NCBI RefSeq assembly: GCF_006345805.1
Contig: NW_021823985.1
Coordinates: 1-20,401 of the forward strand
Direction of reading: 5' to 3'
From: Octopus sinensis
Lineage: Eukaryota
DNA length: 20,401 nucleotides
Shown here: positions 1-10,588 of the stretch, one piece after another
How the letters are laid out: each line of letters begins with the position of its first letter
How positions within the stretch are numbered: the stretch's first letter is position 1
Translations under genes and position numbers: made by a program
The notes under the pieces: model-generated
Databases searched by the model: none
What the model was told of the DNA's origin: nothing
Seen by the model: only the letters and a program-made list of their open reading frames with translations

Positions 1-190
1 CAACAAATGCTTAAGAACACCAAGAATGGGACGGCTGGAGGGTGAGCGAACTGCAAAAGCATCCGGCCTGTACACAGTTTCAGCAGAGCATAGTGAAAAG
101 AATGACTGACTAAATACGGGATGGCCACGGGTGAAACGTCATTAATCATTGGTTTACTATACAAGAGTTTAGTGCTAAACAGCAACCAGA

Positions 191-249
<59 letters not shown>

Positions 250-287
250 CATCACCACCACCACCACCACCACCACCACCACTACTA
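191..287. repeat. (CTA)n-(CCA)n compound microsatellite
   Basis: Direct reading; it produces the spurious poly-Y/poly-H ORF 121..321. Confidence 0.97.
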
Positions 288-606
288 TAACAGACAAATA
301 AAAACAAGAGAGGGATTTTAAGGAAGACACTATTTCATTACCTCAAATGACGAAACGATACATTTATTTACATTTATTTTAATATTTAGCTAATTAATCT
401 TCAATTTTATATTAATTCAATTATTGGAGTGGTGCGATCGATCTTTCATGTTTTATCTTTTCAAATCCCACTGGGGAGTCATCCGTGCCTTTGATCTTTC
501 CCGGGGTCTTTAAACGAGTGACAGTCAATTATTGTGGGTCGCTTCTAATTGCTTGTAACTTATCCTCATATTAATGTAGCCTTCCCTTTTTCATATAATT
601 AATTAT

Positions 607-608
607 TG

Positions 609-682
<74 letters not shown>

Positions 683-691
683 CATTATCAT
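607..691. repeat. (TTAT)n/(TTA)n microsatellite
   Basis: Direct reading. Confidence 0.95.
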
Positions 692-692
692 T

Positions 693-871
693 AAGTCGGT
701 GAGCTGGCATCGTTAGCACGCTGGAAGAAATGCTGAGTTCAAATTCCGCCGGGGTCGACTTTGTCTTTCATCCTTTCGGGGTCGATAAATTAAGTACCAG
801 TTACGCACTGGGGTCGATATAATCGACTTAGTACCCTCCACCAAGTTGACCTTGCACCAAAATTTGAAATC
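693..871 (+). mobile_element. SINE family A copy, internally deleted, tail type 2
   Basis: Head 'gtcggtgagctggcatcgttagcacg', B-box-like 'gagttcaaattcc' and core 'ctttcatcctttcggggtcgataaattaagtaccagttacgcactggggtcgat', all shared with the copy at 13122-13354. Confidence 0.88.
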
Positions 872-877
872 ATCAAC

Positions 878-879
<2 letters not shown>

Positions 880-917
<38 letters not shown>

Positions 918-929
918 CCACCATCATCA

Positions 930-996
<67 letters not shown>

Positions 997-1008
997 TATT
1001 ATTATTAT
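880..1008. repeat. (TCA)n-(TTA)n compound microsatellite
   Basis: Direct reading; explains the poly-S/poly-L ORF 846..1394 and poly-I/poly-M ORF 790..1083. Confidence 0.97.
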
Positions 1009-1317
1009 TCTCCCTTTCTCTTCTCCCCTGCTCCCTTCTTCTTCATCTCTCCATTTCCACTCTCGTTCTACTCTGTCGTTCAACTTTCTCGTTTCCCACC
1101 CTCAAATCCCATCGTCTTTCGAGACTCTTCTTCCTACTCCTGATCCCCTTCTCCCCCCTCCTTCCCCCTTCTCCCCTACACCATTATTTTCACCAGAACC
1201 ACCATAATCCTCATTCAACATCGCCAGAGACGCCATCATCATTGTCTTTCCCGATGATCGCGTCGACGTTAGGTTTTATTTTGCATTCTTTATTTTTGAT
1301 CAGCTGCTGTTCTTCCT

Positions 1318-1318
1318 C

Positions 1319-1364
<46 letters not shown>
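1318..1364. repeat. (GTT)n microsatellite
   Basis: Direct reading. Confidence 0.97.
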
Positions 1365-1366
<2 letters not shown>

Positions 1367-1903
1367 TTGTTACTGTTGTTGTAATCCCGAATGAAGTAAT
1401 CCACAGCATTAACCAAGAGTCTATAATGCAGGACCTTATTATTCAATGCAATGACATGTCTGGTGTCTGTTAAAACCCAGAAGTAAACAACGACTTGATT
1501 TCAACTTTGATTTTAGACATGTGGCAATATTTCGAAGACAGACATTAAAAGATTTTTCTCAAATCTCATTTAAAACAATAAATCTAATGTAAACATGGAA
1601 AGAATGCGAAAAAATATACGTATTCACAATAAAGAATGCCTCAGCAGACTGAAGAATTGCTAAACAAATGGAATATATATCGCTGTGGAATTTCCTTGCA
1701 TTATTTAAATCATTCCCCGTTTCAAATAGGATCCAAGTTAAATTTGCTTTTTAGGAACTAAAAATATTTAAAACTTTCTAAGTACAAACGAAGAAAAATA
1801 AATAGATTCTGGAAAAAATTTATTAAATTAGCGTGCCAATAGCATAAGCCGTTGAATGTAATGCTACAGTGTGGCCATTGGTGACTGGGTGAAACTGATG
1901 AAT

Positions 1904-2063
1904 GAGCAGGCGTGGCTGTGTGGTAAGAAGCTTGCTTCCCAACCACATGGTCCGGGGCTCAGTCCCATTGCATGAAACCTTGTCCAAGTGTATTCTACTT
2001 CATCCTCCAGCGATTAAATCATTGTGAGTGGATTTGATACACAGAAACTAAAAGAAGCCTGTG
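1904..2063 (+). mobile_element. SINE family B, 5' half only (tRNA-like head), followed by (TA)n at 2064-2157
   Basis: 'gcaggcgtggctgtgtggtaagaagcttgcttcccaaccacatggtccggggctcagtccc...gaaactaaaagaagcc' is the reverse complement of the heads at ~17605-17770 and ~18530-18692. Confidence 0.88.
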
Positions 2064-2066
2064 ATA

Positions 2067-2163
<97 letters not shown>

Positions 2164-2341
2164 GGATAAGGATAAGATCGTTAATTTTATTAATACGATC
2201 TTATGAAGTGGCCAGCATGGAAATAAGAACCTTCAAAGATGATAATAATTATTAAAATTATAACTTAGGGAATCTACGAGATACCGCCATGCTGACAATA
2301 GCAGCCAGGATCTGACTCTGAGACCACTTAATGATGTAATT

Positions 2342-2559
2342 TTGATTTAAAATTTTTGTACAAGGCTAGTGATTTTGTGGGAGGTTGGATAAGTCAGTTA
2401 CATCGACCCCAGTGATCAATTGGTTCTTCTTTTATCTATCCCGAAGGGATGAAATGCAAAGTCGACCTCAGCGGAATATGAACTCAGAACGTAAAGAGGG
2501 ACAAAATGCCGCCGAGAATTTTGCGTGGTTTGCTAACGATTCTCCCGGTTACCCGCCTT
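2342..2559 (-). mobile_element. SINE family A copy, diverged, tail type 2
   Basis: Reverse complement matches the family A head, B box and core (plus strand 'atcgaccccagtg...cccgaagggatgaaatgcaaagtcgacctcagcggaatatgaactcagaacg...gctaacgattctcc...cgcctt'). Confidence 0.85.
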
Positions 2560-2591
2560 CATCATTGATTTAATATTATCTATTTCCGTAA

Positions 2592-2998
2592 GGCGGCGAT
2601 CTGGCAGAATCATTAGCACGCCGGGTAAAATGCTTAGTGGTATTTCGTCTGTCTTTACGTTCTGAGTTCAAATTCCACCGAGGTCGACTTTTGCCTTTCA
2701 TCCTTTCGGGGTCGGTTAAATAAGTAACAGTTACGCACTGGGGTCGATACAATCGACTTAAATCCGTTTGTCTGTCCTTGTTTGTCCTCTTTGTGTTTAG
2801 CCCCTTGTGGGTAGTAAAGAAATAGGTATTTCGCCTGTCTTTACTTTCTAAGTTCAAATTCCGCTGAGGTTGACTTAGAATTTCATCCTTTCGGGGTCGA
2901 TAAATTAAGTACCAGTTGCGTACTGGGGTCGATCTAATCGACCTTCCCCCTCGCCCAAATTTTCGGGCCTTGTGCCTAGAGAAGAAAAGAATATTATT
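2592..2998 (+). mobile_element. SINE family A dimer: full monomer with tail 1 (2592-2823) plus head-truncated monomer with tail 2 (2824-2998)
   Basis: Two successive cores; the first ends 'agccccttgtgggtagtaaagaaat', the second ends 'gggccttgtgcctagagaagaaaagaatatt'. The same arrangement occurs at 19046-19478. Confidence 0.92.
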
Positions 2999-3255
2999 TA
3001 TTTCCTTAAGGTTTGAAAACCACAGGTATATGAATCTATACAATTTGAAGTAGGGGAACGAAAGAAAGCAACCTCTGTGTGTCCCTTTCGCCGTTGAAAG
3101 GACGATAATCTATTGAATAGAAACTCACAGTATAATGGTAAAATTCTAGTGGTCGTAGAGAATGCTCTGGCTCTGAAAAGATCACATTACGTATACTGTC
3201 ATCTTACCTATATCTTCAAAATATACATAAACAGATAAGGCATATAAGAGAAAAT

Positions 3256-3330
<75 letters not shown>

Positions 3331-3438
3331 GATAGATAGATAGATAGATAGACAGATAGATAGATAGCTAAACAGATAGAAAGACAGCCGTAGATTGATA
3401 GATAGATAGATAGATAGGATAGATGAGATAGATAGATA
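3256..3438. repeat. (GATA)n microsatellite abutting the LINE 3' end
   Basis: Direct reading. Confidence 0.97.
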
Positions 3439-5770
3439 TGTTCTTTATTAGCCACACAGGGCTGCACACAGATAGAAACAAATTACAAGGTAGAGCTTTT
3501 CTTTTGAAGGTTTATTAAAAAAAAAAAAAAAAAAAAAAGGAAGGGAGAGTTTCGATCAAAAGGGATCGTAAAAGGAGAGAAAGAGGACAAAAAAAAGGGG
3601 GTTTAAAAAAAAAAAAAAAAAAAAGAAAAAAAAAAGGGGGAGAGGAAAAAAAAAAATTGATCAATAGGGATCGTTATCACAGAATGTCAATATGAAGTGT
3701 AAAGGAGAGGACAGGTGAGGTTTACCGTGGAAAGAAAAGCCTACGGAAAAGACCACGGTAACCCGGTCATGAAGTCACATTTATATTTCTTTTTTTTTTT
3801 TTTTTTTGCAAATAAGCAACTCTCTGTTTTCGATTTCTGGGTTCATAGGACTATGCTCAAGGTGGCTTCGTCATTCATACGTGCCATTCTTGCTACATTC
3901 ACCCATCTTTTTTTAAAACATTCGCTAGACAAAAACTTGCCTCTCTACTCTCACTTTCCTTTTAAGTGGTACTTGAAGAAGTGATGAGAGATTGACCAGA
4001 GAGGAAAGTGTTTGTTCTCAATCCTTTCAGACGCGTCCACCAGATACATTCTTTCGCCATAGCCACAAGGATGATTGAAATAGCTCTTCCTTCCCGTTTG
4101 AAGGAAGGAGGCGTGACAATATTGACGATAGACTCAGCTGATAAACCGACTCGTCCCACACGTGACAGCAGTTGTTCGACATAAGCACACGGTCGGAAAT
4201 TGTTGGACACTGAACGAGTGCGTGCAGAACGGTTTCGTCGCTCTGACCGCATCTCGGCAGGTCGGCCCCGTGTTTCTCGAGCCGTGTCTGTAGAGCTTAT
4301 CCCGAACGGGTAGCGCTTCTCGGGGTAGCCACTGCCAGGCCAGGATCTCTGGAAGTTGTCCATGGGCCCTGGCCCGAAAGTCGTCCCGAACAGGCGGGTC
4401 AGGTACTCCTCGTCGACGTCCAGGTTCGCCCCGAGCTCGTCGTCGTACCTCCCCTCCACTAAACCCTATAGAATGCTTTGGTTGTGTTGAAGTCACTTAA
4501 GGTCGACCCAGGACGGCAGAGTTGCTTGAGAGCAACGCGACTCTCGCGGTGCCATTCGCCCTTCCTCGGCCTCTTTTTGATCCACGACTGCAGTTCGGTC
4601 ATGGAGACGAGCTGCGGGAAAGTGTGCCTCACAAACGGCGACCCACCTGTTCACCGTCGTCTACATAGAGCCAGAGATGTCGCAGTCTCAGCGCGTGTCT
4701 GCGCATCATCAACACGGCATGCCCAGCCCTCCTTTTAACGGGTGTTGACAGCAAATGGATCACCTGACCATCGGGACGCATCCTTCCACAAGAAGCGAAA
4801 GAGGGGATGCGTTGTAGTTTGGTGATGGTAGGGTCGGGACAAGGTACGACGGTCAGGCGGTAGTAGATGACGGACGCGATGTACGTGTTCGCCACCTCCG
4901 CTCGACCTTTTAGGACAGTTTCCTCTCGGCCCATTGCCGGGCGAGAGTGACCACCCTACTCGTTATCTCGTTCCAGTTCTTCTCCACTTGGAGGTCCGAG
5001 AACCAACCAGACCCCGAGCAACTCAACCGGGCCGTCGGTCCAGCGTCCCACGACGGAGGCGCTGGTGGACGGCATGGGCTTGCTTCTCCAGGTGCCTAGT
5101 CGCAAGCCCACTGACTTTTCCCGGTTGATTTTCGCTCCGTCACCGCTTCGTAGTTTTTCAGTGTCTCGCCGACCAGCTCGATGTGCTCGTGGCTAGGACA
5201 CTATGACGGTGACGTCGTCCGCGTATGCAGACACGCTCGTCCCGCATCCCAATTCTCGCGGGATGCCCCTTAGAGTCGCCAGCTTCCGCAGTAGTGGCTA
5301 AGAGTCAATACGTATAGAAGCGCCGAGAGGGGGCATCCCTGACGGACCCGAACGTGCAATGTCGAAAGGTCTCGATAGATGTCCATTTACGCGAATTACC
5401 GAACGGATGCCTCTGTACAAGGCAGCTATCCAGCCGCGGAAGAAGGCGCCCGAAACAGCCGCTCTCAGGACTGCCTCCAAGTATCGATGGTCCACCCTAT
5501 CAAGGCTTTCGATTGATCCAGTTGATCATGGCCCCACCCATGCCAGGTTCGTTAACTACCCTGTCTATGATGTAGCGCATCAGATGGAGGTTGTCATGGA
5601 TGGTCCGGCCTGGCACGGCGCATGTTTGCGCCTTGTCGACCAGTTTCTCGATGACAAGCGCCAACCTTGGCTAGCACCTTGGCCAAAATTTTCAAGTCTG
5701 CATTAAGCAGAGTGATGGGCCTAAAGTTATCTATTACATTTCCCTTGTTTAGATCTTTCTTCAGCAGTGT
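3439..5770 (-). mobile_element. 5'-truncated non-LTR retrotransposon, L1 clade, Tx1-like (ORF2 RT/C-terminal region plus ~400-bp 3' UTR)
   Basis: Minus-strand translation across frameshifts gives 'NFRPITLLNADLKILAKVLA', 'AFDRVDHRYLEAVL', 'VRQGCPLS', 'SAYADDVTV' (YADD at 5214-5225), 'LKGRAEVANTYIASVIYYRL' and C-terminal 'AKECIWWTR'. The 3' UTR has U-rich tracts and AATAAA just before the (TATC)n. The Tx1 assignment is by motif recognition. Confidence 0.92.
3843..5770 (-). pseudogene. Frameshifted ORF2 (reverse transcriptase) remnant of the Tx1-like LINE; endonuclease domain missing
   Basis: Begins at the start of the RT domain ('TLLKKDLNKGNVIDNFRPI') and ends '...ARMNDEATLSIVL*' with TGA at 3845-3843; broken by several small indels. 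Confidence 0.85.
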
Positions 5771-5806
<36 letters not shown>

Positions 5807-5890
5807 AAGACTGACAGACAGACAGACAGATAGATTAGACCGACAGACATACAGTTAGACAGATAGATAGATGGATGGATGGATGCATGG
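5771..5890. repeat. (GATA)n/(GACA)n/(GATG)n microsatellite abutting the LINE 5' junction
   Basis: Direct reading; same strand orientation as 3256-3438. Confidence 0.95.
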
Positions 5891-6222
5891 ATTGGTAGAT
5901 GCATACATACATACATATTTACATATGCGTATATGAGAGTACATTTGCGTGTATATACGTTCATATAACTATATATATATACAATTAGTAGATGCAAAAA
6001 TATGACCCTCAGATCCTCCCCCAACCCACCCACCCACCAAAAAGAATACAAAGTAGATAAAAATTGAAGTCTTGTTTAAAACGATGGCTCCGCATACAAG
6101 GGGAACAAATTAAGCCGAAAGGCTTTTATCACATTTTGACATATCTTTGTGATCTTACCAACTCGTTTCACATTTTGACATTTCGTGGAAAATGTTACTA
6201 GGCTTATAAGGCAAACAGGTTT

Positions 6223-6223
<1 letters not shown>

Positions 6224-6302
<79 letters not shown>

Positions 6303-6325
6303 AAACACACACACACACACACACA
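6224..6325. repeat. (CA)n microsatellite
   Basis: Direct reading. Confidence 0.97.
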
Positions 6326-6514
6326 TAACACACGTCCGTACAATCTTCTCCCTTTCACTCATCTCTGACTGTCTTTCTCTTAATAAGTGTTCTTTTTAAC
6401 CGTGTATACGTGTTTGTGTTTGTATGTGTATGTGTGTGCGTGTGTGTGTGTATGATTAACCCGGACACATCCACAAGCATACAAAGATAATTCCATATAT
6501 ATAGGATAAATATA

Positions 6515-6524
6515 TACATGTTAC

Positions 6525-6571
<47 letters not shown>

Positions 6572-6740
6572 ATTATATAAGTCAGTGTTATGGTAATGTT
6601 ACTCTAATTCGTAATAATCGTTATTATTATTATTATATTATTATTATTATTATTATTATTATATTATCATCATCATCATTATATATACATATACACACAC
6701 ACATATATGCGTGTGTGTGTGTGTATGTGTGTAGATACAC
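6515..6740. repeat. Mixed (TA)n/(TTA)n/(TCA)n/(TG)n simple-repeat tract
   Basis: Direct reading. Confidence 0.85.
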
Positions 6741-7101
6741 ACAAATACATGCATTCGTTGCACATTCGTACGTATATACACATATGTCCAACACACTCTT
6801 AAAAGATTGTGATTCGTTTAAAAGAATCTATTGTCAGATTCAAAATGCCATCAATTCAATGATCTTTTTCAACGATTGCAACAAAGCTCATGGTTACTAA
6901 CACGCACGTTCACTCACACATACCACATACACGCACACAAACATGCACACGCGCGCACACACACACACACACATACACATACACGCACACATCACAAATG
7001 GACGTACAAACACACATAAACGCACACAAAAGCGCACGAACATTATAGTAATACACATGTAGGTATATACACACATATATGATATTTCGTGTATTCCTGT
7101 A

Positions 7102-7226
7102 ACTGTTTCAGTCATTTCACTGCGGCCATGCTAGAGCACCGCCTTTAGTCGAACAAATCGACCAAAGAAATTATTCTTTGTCGGCCTAGTGCTTATTCTA
7201 TCGGTGAGGGGACAAACACAGACACA
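7102..7226 (-). mobile_element. SINE family B, 3' half, internally deleted
   Basis: 'tgtttcagtcatttcactgcggccatgctagagcaccgcctttagtcgaacaaatcgacc' matches 17409+ and 18281+. Confidence 0.85.
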
Positions 7227-7250
7227 CCCCCCCCCCATATATATATATAT

Positions 7251-7480
7251 CTCACGTGATCACGTGACCGACCAGTCCATCAGATGTAGTTACACATCGC
7301 TGGTCACAATGCGTTCGCATTGTTTTAGCCTTCGAATGACGCCACCCCGCTGGTTAAGCGAGCAGGTCAACAGAAGAAAGAGTGGGAGAAAGAGTGGTGA
7401 AAGAGTACAACAGGGATCACCACCCCCTGCCGGAGCCTCGTGGAGCTTTTAGGTGTTTTCGCTCAATAAACACTCACAAT
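7251..7480 (-). mobile_element. Interspersed repeat family C (probable SINE body and 3' end; no head present here)
   Basis: Shares ~100 bp with 16065-16164 in inverted orientation ('cagcggggtggcgtcat...ggctaaaacaat...gcattgtgaccagcgatgtgta') and ends in 'tcacgtgatcacgtga' plus (TA)n. The SINE assignment is from recall of octopus repeats. Confidence 0.75.
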
Positions 7481-7684
7481 TTGCAGAACTATACATGAAA
7501 CGTCCGCATGAGATTGAACATGTGCACAGTTCTACCAATTACACCGAAAATAATTGTGCAGAAAATAAATTTCTGCAGTGAATTTTGCCGGTTAGAGAAC
7601 ATAGTTATTTAAATTTAAATTTAAAATAAGAAGGGTGAAAACTTGAATATCAATTTGATTAATATTAAATTAAAATCAGTGGTC

Positions 7685-7996
7685 TAGCATATTAAAATCT
7701 GAAGATACGGAAAAATTCTTGAACAATTCTCGTGTATAGTTCTACAAATTATATTTGCAAAGACGATCACACTGACGAGCTACTGAAAATTACGTAAGTA
7801 ATAACGTAAGTGGTAATAGCGAAACTAGTTTGTGATTAATCTATATTTTGTTTCTTTTCATTTGTCTTGCTTCTTTATGTTCTGGCGTTTGCTAGAATTT
7901 TTTTGCTACTTCTAGCATATGAATGTACATGTAGTGGTCATCCCTCTTATATGTTTGTAATATAATTTTTCGGTATCTTCAGATTTTAATATGCTA
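7685..7996. mobile_element. MITE-like element with 33-bp terminal inverted repeats
   Basis: 7685-7717 'tagcatattaaaatctgaagatacggaaaaatt' and 7964-7996 'aatttttcggtatcttcagattttaatatgcta' are reverse complements with one mismatch; outer TA at both ends; non-coding interior. Confidence 0.7.
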
Positions 7997-8095
7997 TTAC
8001 TAGTACGCTGTTATTGAATATGTTCTGGCAAAGACATACACATCTATATATATAGTGATTCTATAACCATGCATCCATACATACATAGATACATA

Positions 8096-8187
8096 AACAC
8101 ACACATACATACATACATACATACATACATACATACATACATACATACATACAACATACATACATACATACATACATGCATACATAC

Positions 8188-8234
<47 letters not shown>

Positions 8235-8240
8235 TTATAT
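8096..8240. repeat. (TACA)n plus (TA)n microsatellite
   Basis: Direct reading. Confidence 0.95.
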
Positions 8241-8485
8241 ATATTCTGTTGTGTCTGAGGAGAGTCATTCTCTTTTAGTGCCCTTTTATTTAACACACTC
8301 ACCGATAAAATTTCACTTATTTCTTATTTTTTATTTTCTAAAATTTCCGTTGCGTCTTGCAACCTTTTCAATAGTCTTGACTCTTAGAAAATAAAAAATA
8401 AGAAATAAGTGGAAATTTTACCGGTGAGTGTGTTAAATAATAAGGCACTAAAAGAGAATGACTCTCCCCAGACACAACAGAATAT
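8241..8485. mobile_element. Palindromic MITE-like element, ~101-bp arms and 42-bp spacer
   Basis: 8241-8341 'atattctgttgtgtctgaggagagtcattctcttttagtgcc...ttttctaa' is the reverse complement of 8384-8485 'ttagaaaa...ggcactaaaagagaatgactctccccagacacaacagaatat' with few mismatches. Confidence 0.85.
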
Positions 8486-8539
8486 GCTTCAACACACGAA
8501 CTCATATAAAGAATCTTGCAAACGAAATCCAAAAACGAA

Positions 8540-8820
8540 ATATATATATATATATAAGCATATATACAAACATACATGCATACATATATACATACGTACA
8601 TGCATACTTGCATACATACATACTCATACATACATCTATACATACATACATACATACATACATGCATGCATACACACATACATACATTCATACATACTTA
8701 CATATATACATACGTACGTGCATGCATGCATATCTACATCCCTCCATCCACACATACATGCATACATCCATACATACATGCATGCATACATACATACTCA
8801 TGCATACATACATACACGTA
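8540..8820. repeat. Degenerate (TACA)n/(TGCA)n tract
   Basis: Direct reading; explains the HIHT/MYVC ORFs. Confidence 0.92.
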
Positions 8821-9883
8821 CATTGCAGCAATAATATGGGTAAACATTTTATATCATAAACTATGACAGAAGCAATGCACACTATGATTGAACTGCTGAC
8901 GGGCGTCGAAATACATATCTGCTGGAGTCCAGGCTACAGATCAAAACAGGCTCCGAACAAATTATCCGCTCTACCGGTTTATTTATTCCAGTATGATTTC
9001 GGACTATTTGAAAGTGGAGCAATGATTTTAATTAATCAGTGATATATCAATATTAATGATTTTATCAGTAAAAGCAATTGTAAGTTAAAACTTCATAGCT
9101 GAAATTGTTCAGAGCTTCTATGGCTGAAACGACCTCTTGTGGTTGATGTGCAGTTAAAAAAAATCGTTATGGGATCGCTTTAAGAGATGATAGATGATTA
9201 TAAAGGGCGTGGTTCATTTCAAAAATAAAATATTTCATCCAGCTACACTGGCTATATATATATATTATATAGAGGGTATATATGATATAAGTATTACTGA
9301 TAATTTCTTATAAAGATTTTATCCTTATTTTAATATATATATTTATATATATTTGGCAAAAAACTATTTTGTAAACACTTTGAACTGCATCAGATAGCTT
9401 GTTATCAGTCAGCAGAAACATGACAGATAATGTGCCGAAGGGTAATATACTTTCATTACTGAAGTCATTACCTTACTAAATTCCACAGAAATATAATTTG
9501 TTTACTAAAACCCTCAAATATCTAAAGAGAAAGCCGAAAAACGGTGCATGCTGGATAAGTTAGTGAAAGAAAATCTGAAGAATAAAACACAGCATAAATG
9601 TTTTTAGAGTAAAGATTATTATAATGTGGCAGTCCTGGGTAGGAATAATGTTGGTATTATTTAGCCCGTGGGCAACATCATTTCCAGCTGGTTATCGACG
9701 CACTACCTGTGTCCTTATATTTTCAAACAAGGGAGTTTAGTGTCCCCAGTCAGCTCTAAAGCAATATCAGTGTACCAATGGTTCCTGGGTTATTTAGCTT
9801 CATCAGCACAGAATAACTGCTCGGCTAAAGATGGTGACACTAAATTCTTGTTCGAAATATATATTTTTTCAAAGTGACACACA

Positions 9884-10358
9884 GAGCGAGAGGTGGTTAC
9901 ATAATGCATATGCATGTGTTTATGCCTTTGTTGTTGTGTATATGTGTGTGCGTGTGTGTGCGTGCGTGGGTATGTGTGTGTGCGTGCGTGTGTGTGCGTG
10001 TGAGTGTCTGTGTGTGTGTGTGTCTGTATATGAGTATGTGCAGCCAAACCACACACTAAGTCAAGTAGAAGAAACAAAGAGAATTATAGAAATCAAATAT
10101 ATTTTTGTGGCCTATTGGATAACGTTGTTGGTCTCATGATCATAAGTTTGTAGGTTCGATTCTTGGTATTATATTATTGCTTTAATTTTACGGACTGCTA
10201 TGATGCCTTTTGTGTTGGCGTTTTACGAGGGCTTCTGTTATGTGTCCAATCCTTCAAGATTTTTCTATCTTTGGTTCAAGCATTTTCTTTGTGCCTGTTG
10301 TCAATCAATGCTTGTTTAATTCTATGAATTTCTCACACTTTCTTTTAATCTTTTACTT
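9884..10358 (+). repeat. Local duplication, copy 1 (pairs with 12031-12512)
   Basis: Near-identical from 'gagcgagaggtggttacataatgc' to 'cttttaatcttttactt'. Confidence 0.95.
10105..10167 (+). other. Degenerate tRNA-like SINE head (also in the duplicate at ~12258-12320)
   Basis: A-box-like 'tggcctattgg', CAT in the anticodon-loop position ('ctcatga') and B-box 'ggttcgattc' at 10153-10162; no intact cloverleaf. Confidence 0.5.
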
Positions 10359-10366
10359 CTATATAA

Positions 10367-10588
10367 ATAGAAAAATCATTATTTCTAAATCTCTGAACGA
10401 GAAACATTCAGTAACAGTACTTTAAAATAAAGATTATTTGCCAACATAATGTTGCAGTGCTGGTTAAGATGACTGTTACTGTTATTTAGACCCAGGAATG
10501 CCACATTATTTTGGCAAATAATCTTTACTCTAGAGTACTGTTACTGAATGTTTCACGTTCTGAGATTTAGAAATAATAATTTTTCTAT
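10367..10588. mobile_element. MITE-like hairpin, ~86-bp arms, 50-bp spacer, possible TAA target-site duplication
   Basis: 10367-10452 'atagaaaaatcattatttctaaatctctgaacg...gattatttgccaacataatgt' versus 10503-10588 'acattattttggcaaataatc...gagatttagaaataataatttttctat'; TAA at 10364-10366 and 10589-10591. Confidence 0.8.

Noticed and set aside
100-190. Possible old repeat-tail similarity between 113-190 and ~10980-11040
   Set aside because: Too diverged to support by eye; it would need a repeat-library alignment.
121-1394. ORFs with poly-Y/H, poly-S/L/C and poly-I/M runs
   Set aside because: They are translations of trinucleotide microsatellites with no other coding signal.
4478-5706. Plus-strand ORFs (4478..4738, 4934..5128, 5354..5575, 5359..5706)
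   Set aside because: They are antisense to the LINE RT; the recognisable motifs are all on the minus strand.
10105-10167. Functional tRNA-Met gene
   Set aside because: A and B boxes are present but the acceptor and other stems do not pair; more consistent with a decayed SINE head.
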